From positions 1 through 63,671 of IMG/VR virus record IMGVR_UViG_3300042894_002234: a stretch of DNA of 63,671 nucleotides, one strand, 5' to 3'. Under the pieces are notes generated by a model, which searched no databases, was not told the origin of the DNA, and saw only the letters and a list, made by a program, of their open reading frames with translations. Origin of the DNA: a virus. Lineage: Duplodnaviria > Caudoviricetes. Below, in pieces: positions 63,671-63,671 of this stretch. The first letter of the stretch is position 1, and every line of letters begins with the position of its first letter. The translations under genes and the position numbers were made by a program.

Positions 63671-63671
63671 A

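Noticed and set aside
1-63671. Stop-codon reassignment (TAG or TGA), known in some crAss-like phages
   Set aside because: Genes up to 10 kb are uninterrupted in the standard code, and TAG and TGA both act as real stops (e.g. TAG 2753-2755 inside a terminator; several ATGA overlaps).
1-63671. tRNA, rRNA or other structured ncRNA genes
   Set aside because: After adding the small ORFs, intergenic gaps are under about 75 bp and AT-rich; no cloverleaf or T-loop signature was seen.

Overview
AT-rich segment of a crAss-like (Crassvirales-related) dsDNA phage with a Bacteroidota host, read with the standard genetic code. It has two convergent blocks. The + strand (1-29155) carries a T9SS-substrate-like cassette, small accessory genes, two separate MoxR-AAA/VWA pairs, thyA, ung, and a replication module (SF2 helicase, DnaB-like helicase, AAA ATPase, primase, PD-(D/E)XK nuclease, family B DNA polymerase, MazG-like pyrophosphatase). 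A small minus-strand holin/spanin-like cassette is embedded in this block. The - strand (29186-63670) encodes virion cargo/ejection proteins, including a 3488-aa virion RNA polymerase with the DFDID motif. The most striking observations are: (1) three adjacent giant proteins (about 8,080 aa) are almost Cys-free except for cysteines three residues from the termini that face each other across gene junctions, suggesting a head-to-tail linked ejection chain; (2) a phage-encoded type-B T9SS cassette in which the two CTD-less proteins share a C-terminal I-x-H-N tail; (3) a recurring xQxGG-type motif across the cargo proteins; (4) ung wedged with zero spacing inside a minus-strand gene run. All family assignments come from motif recognition by eye; no database searches were run.
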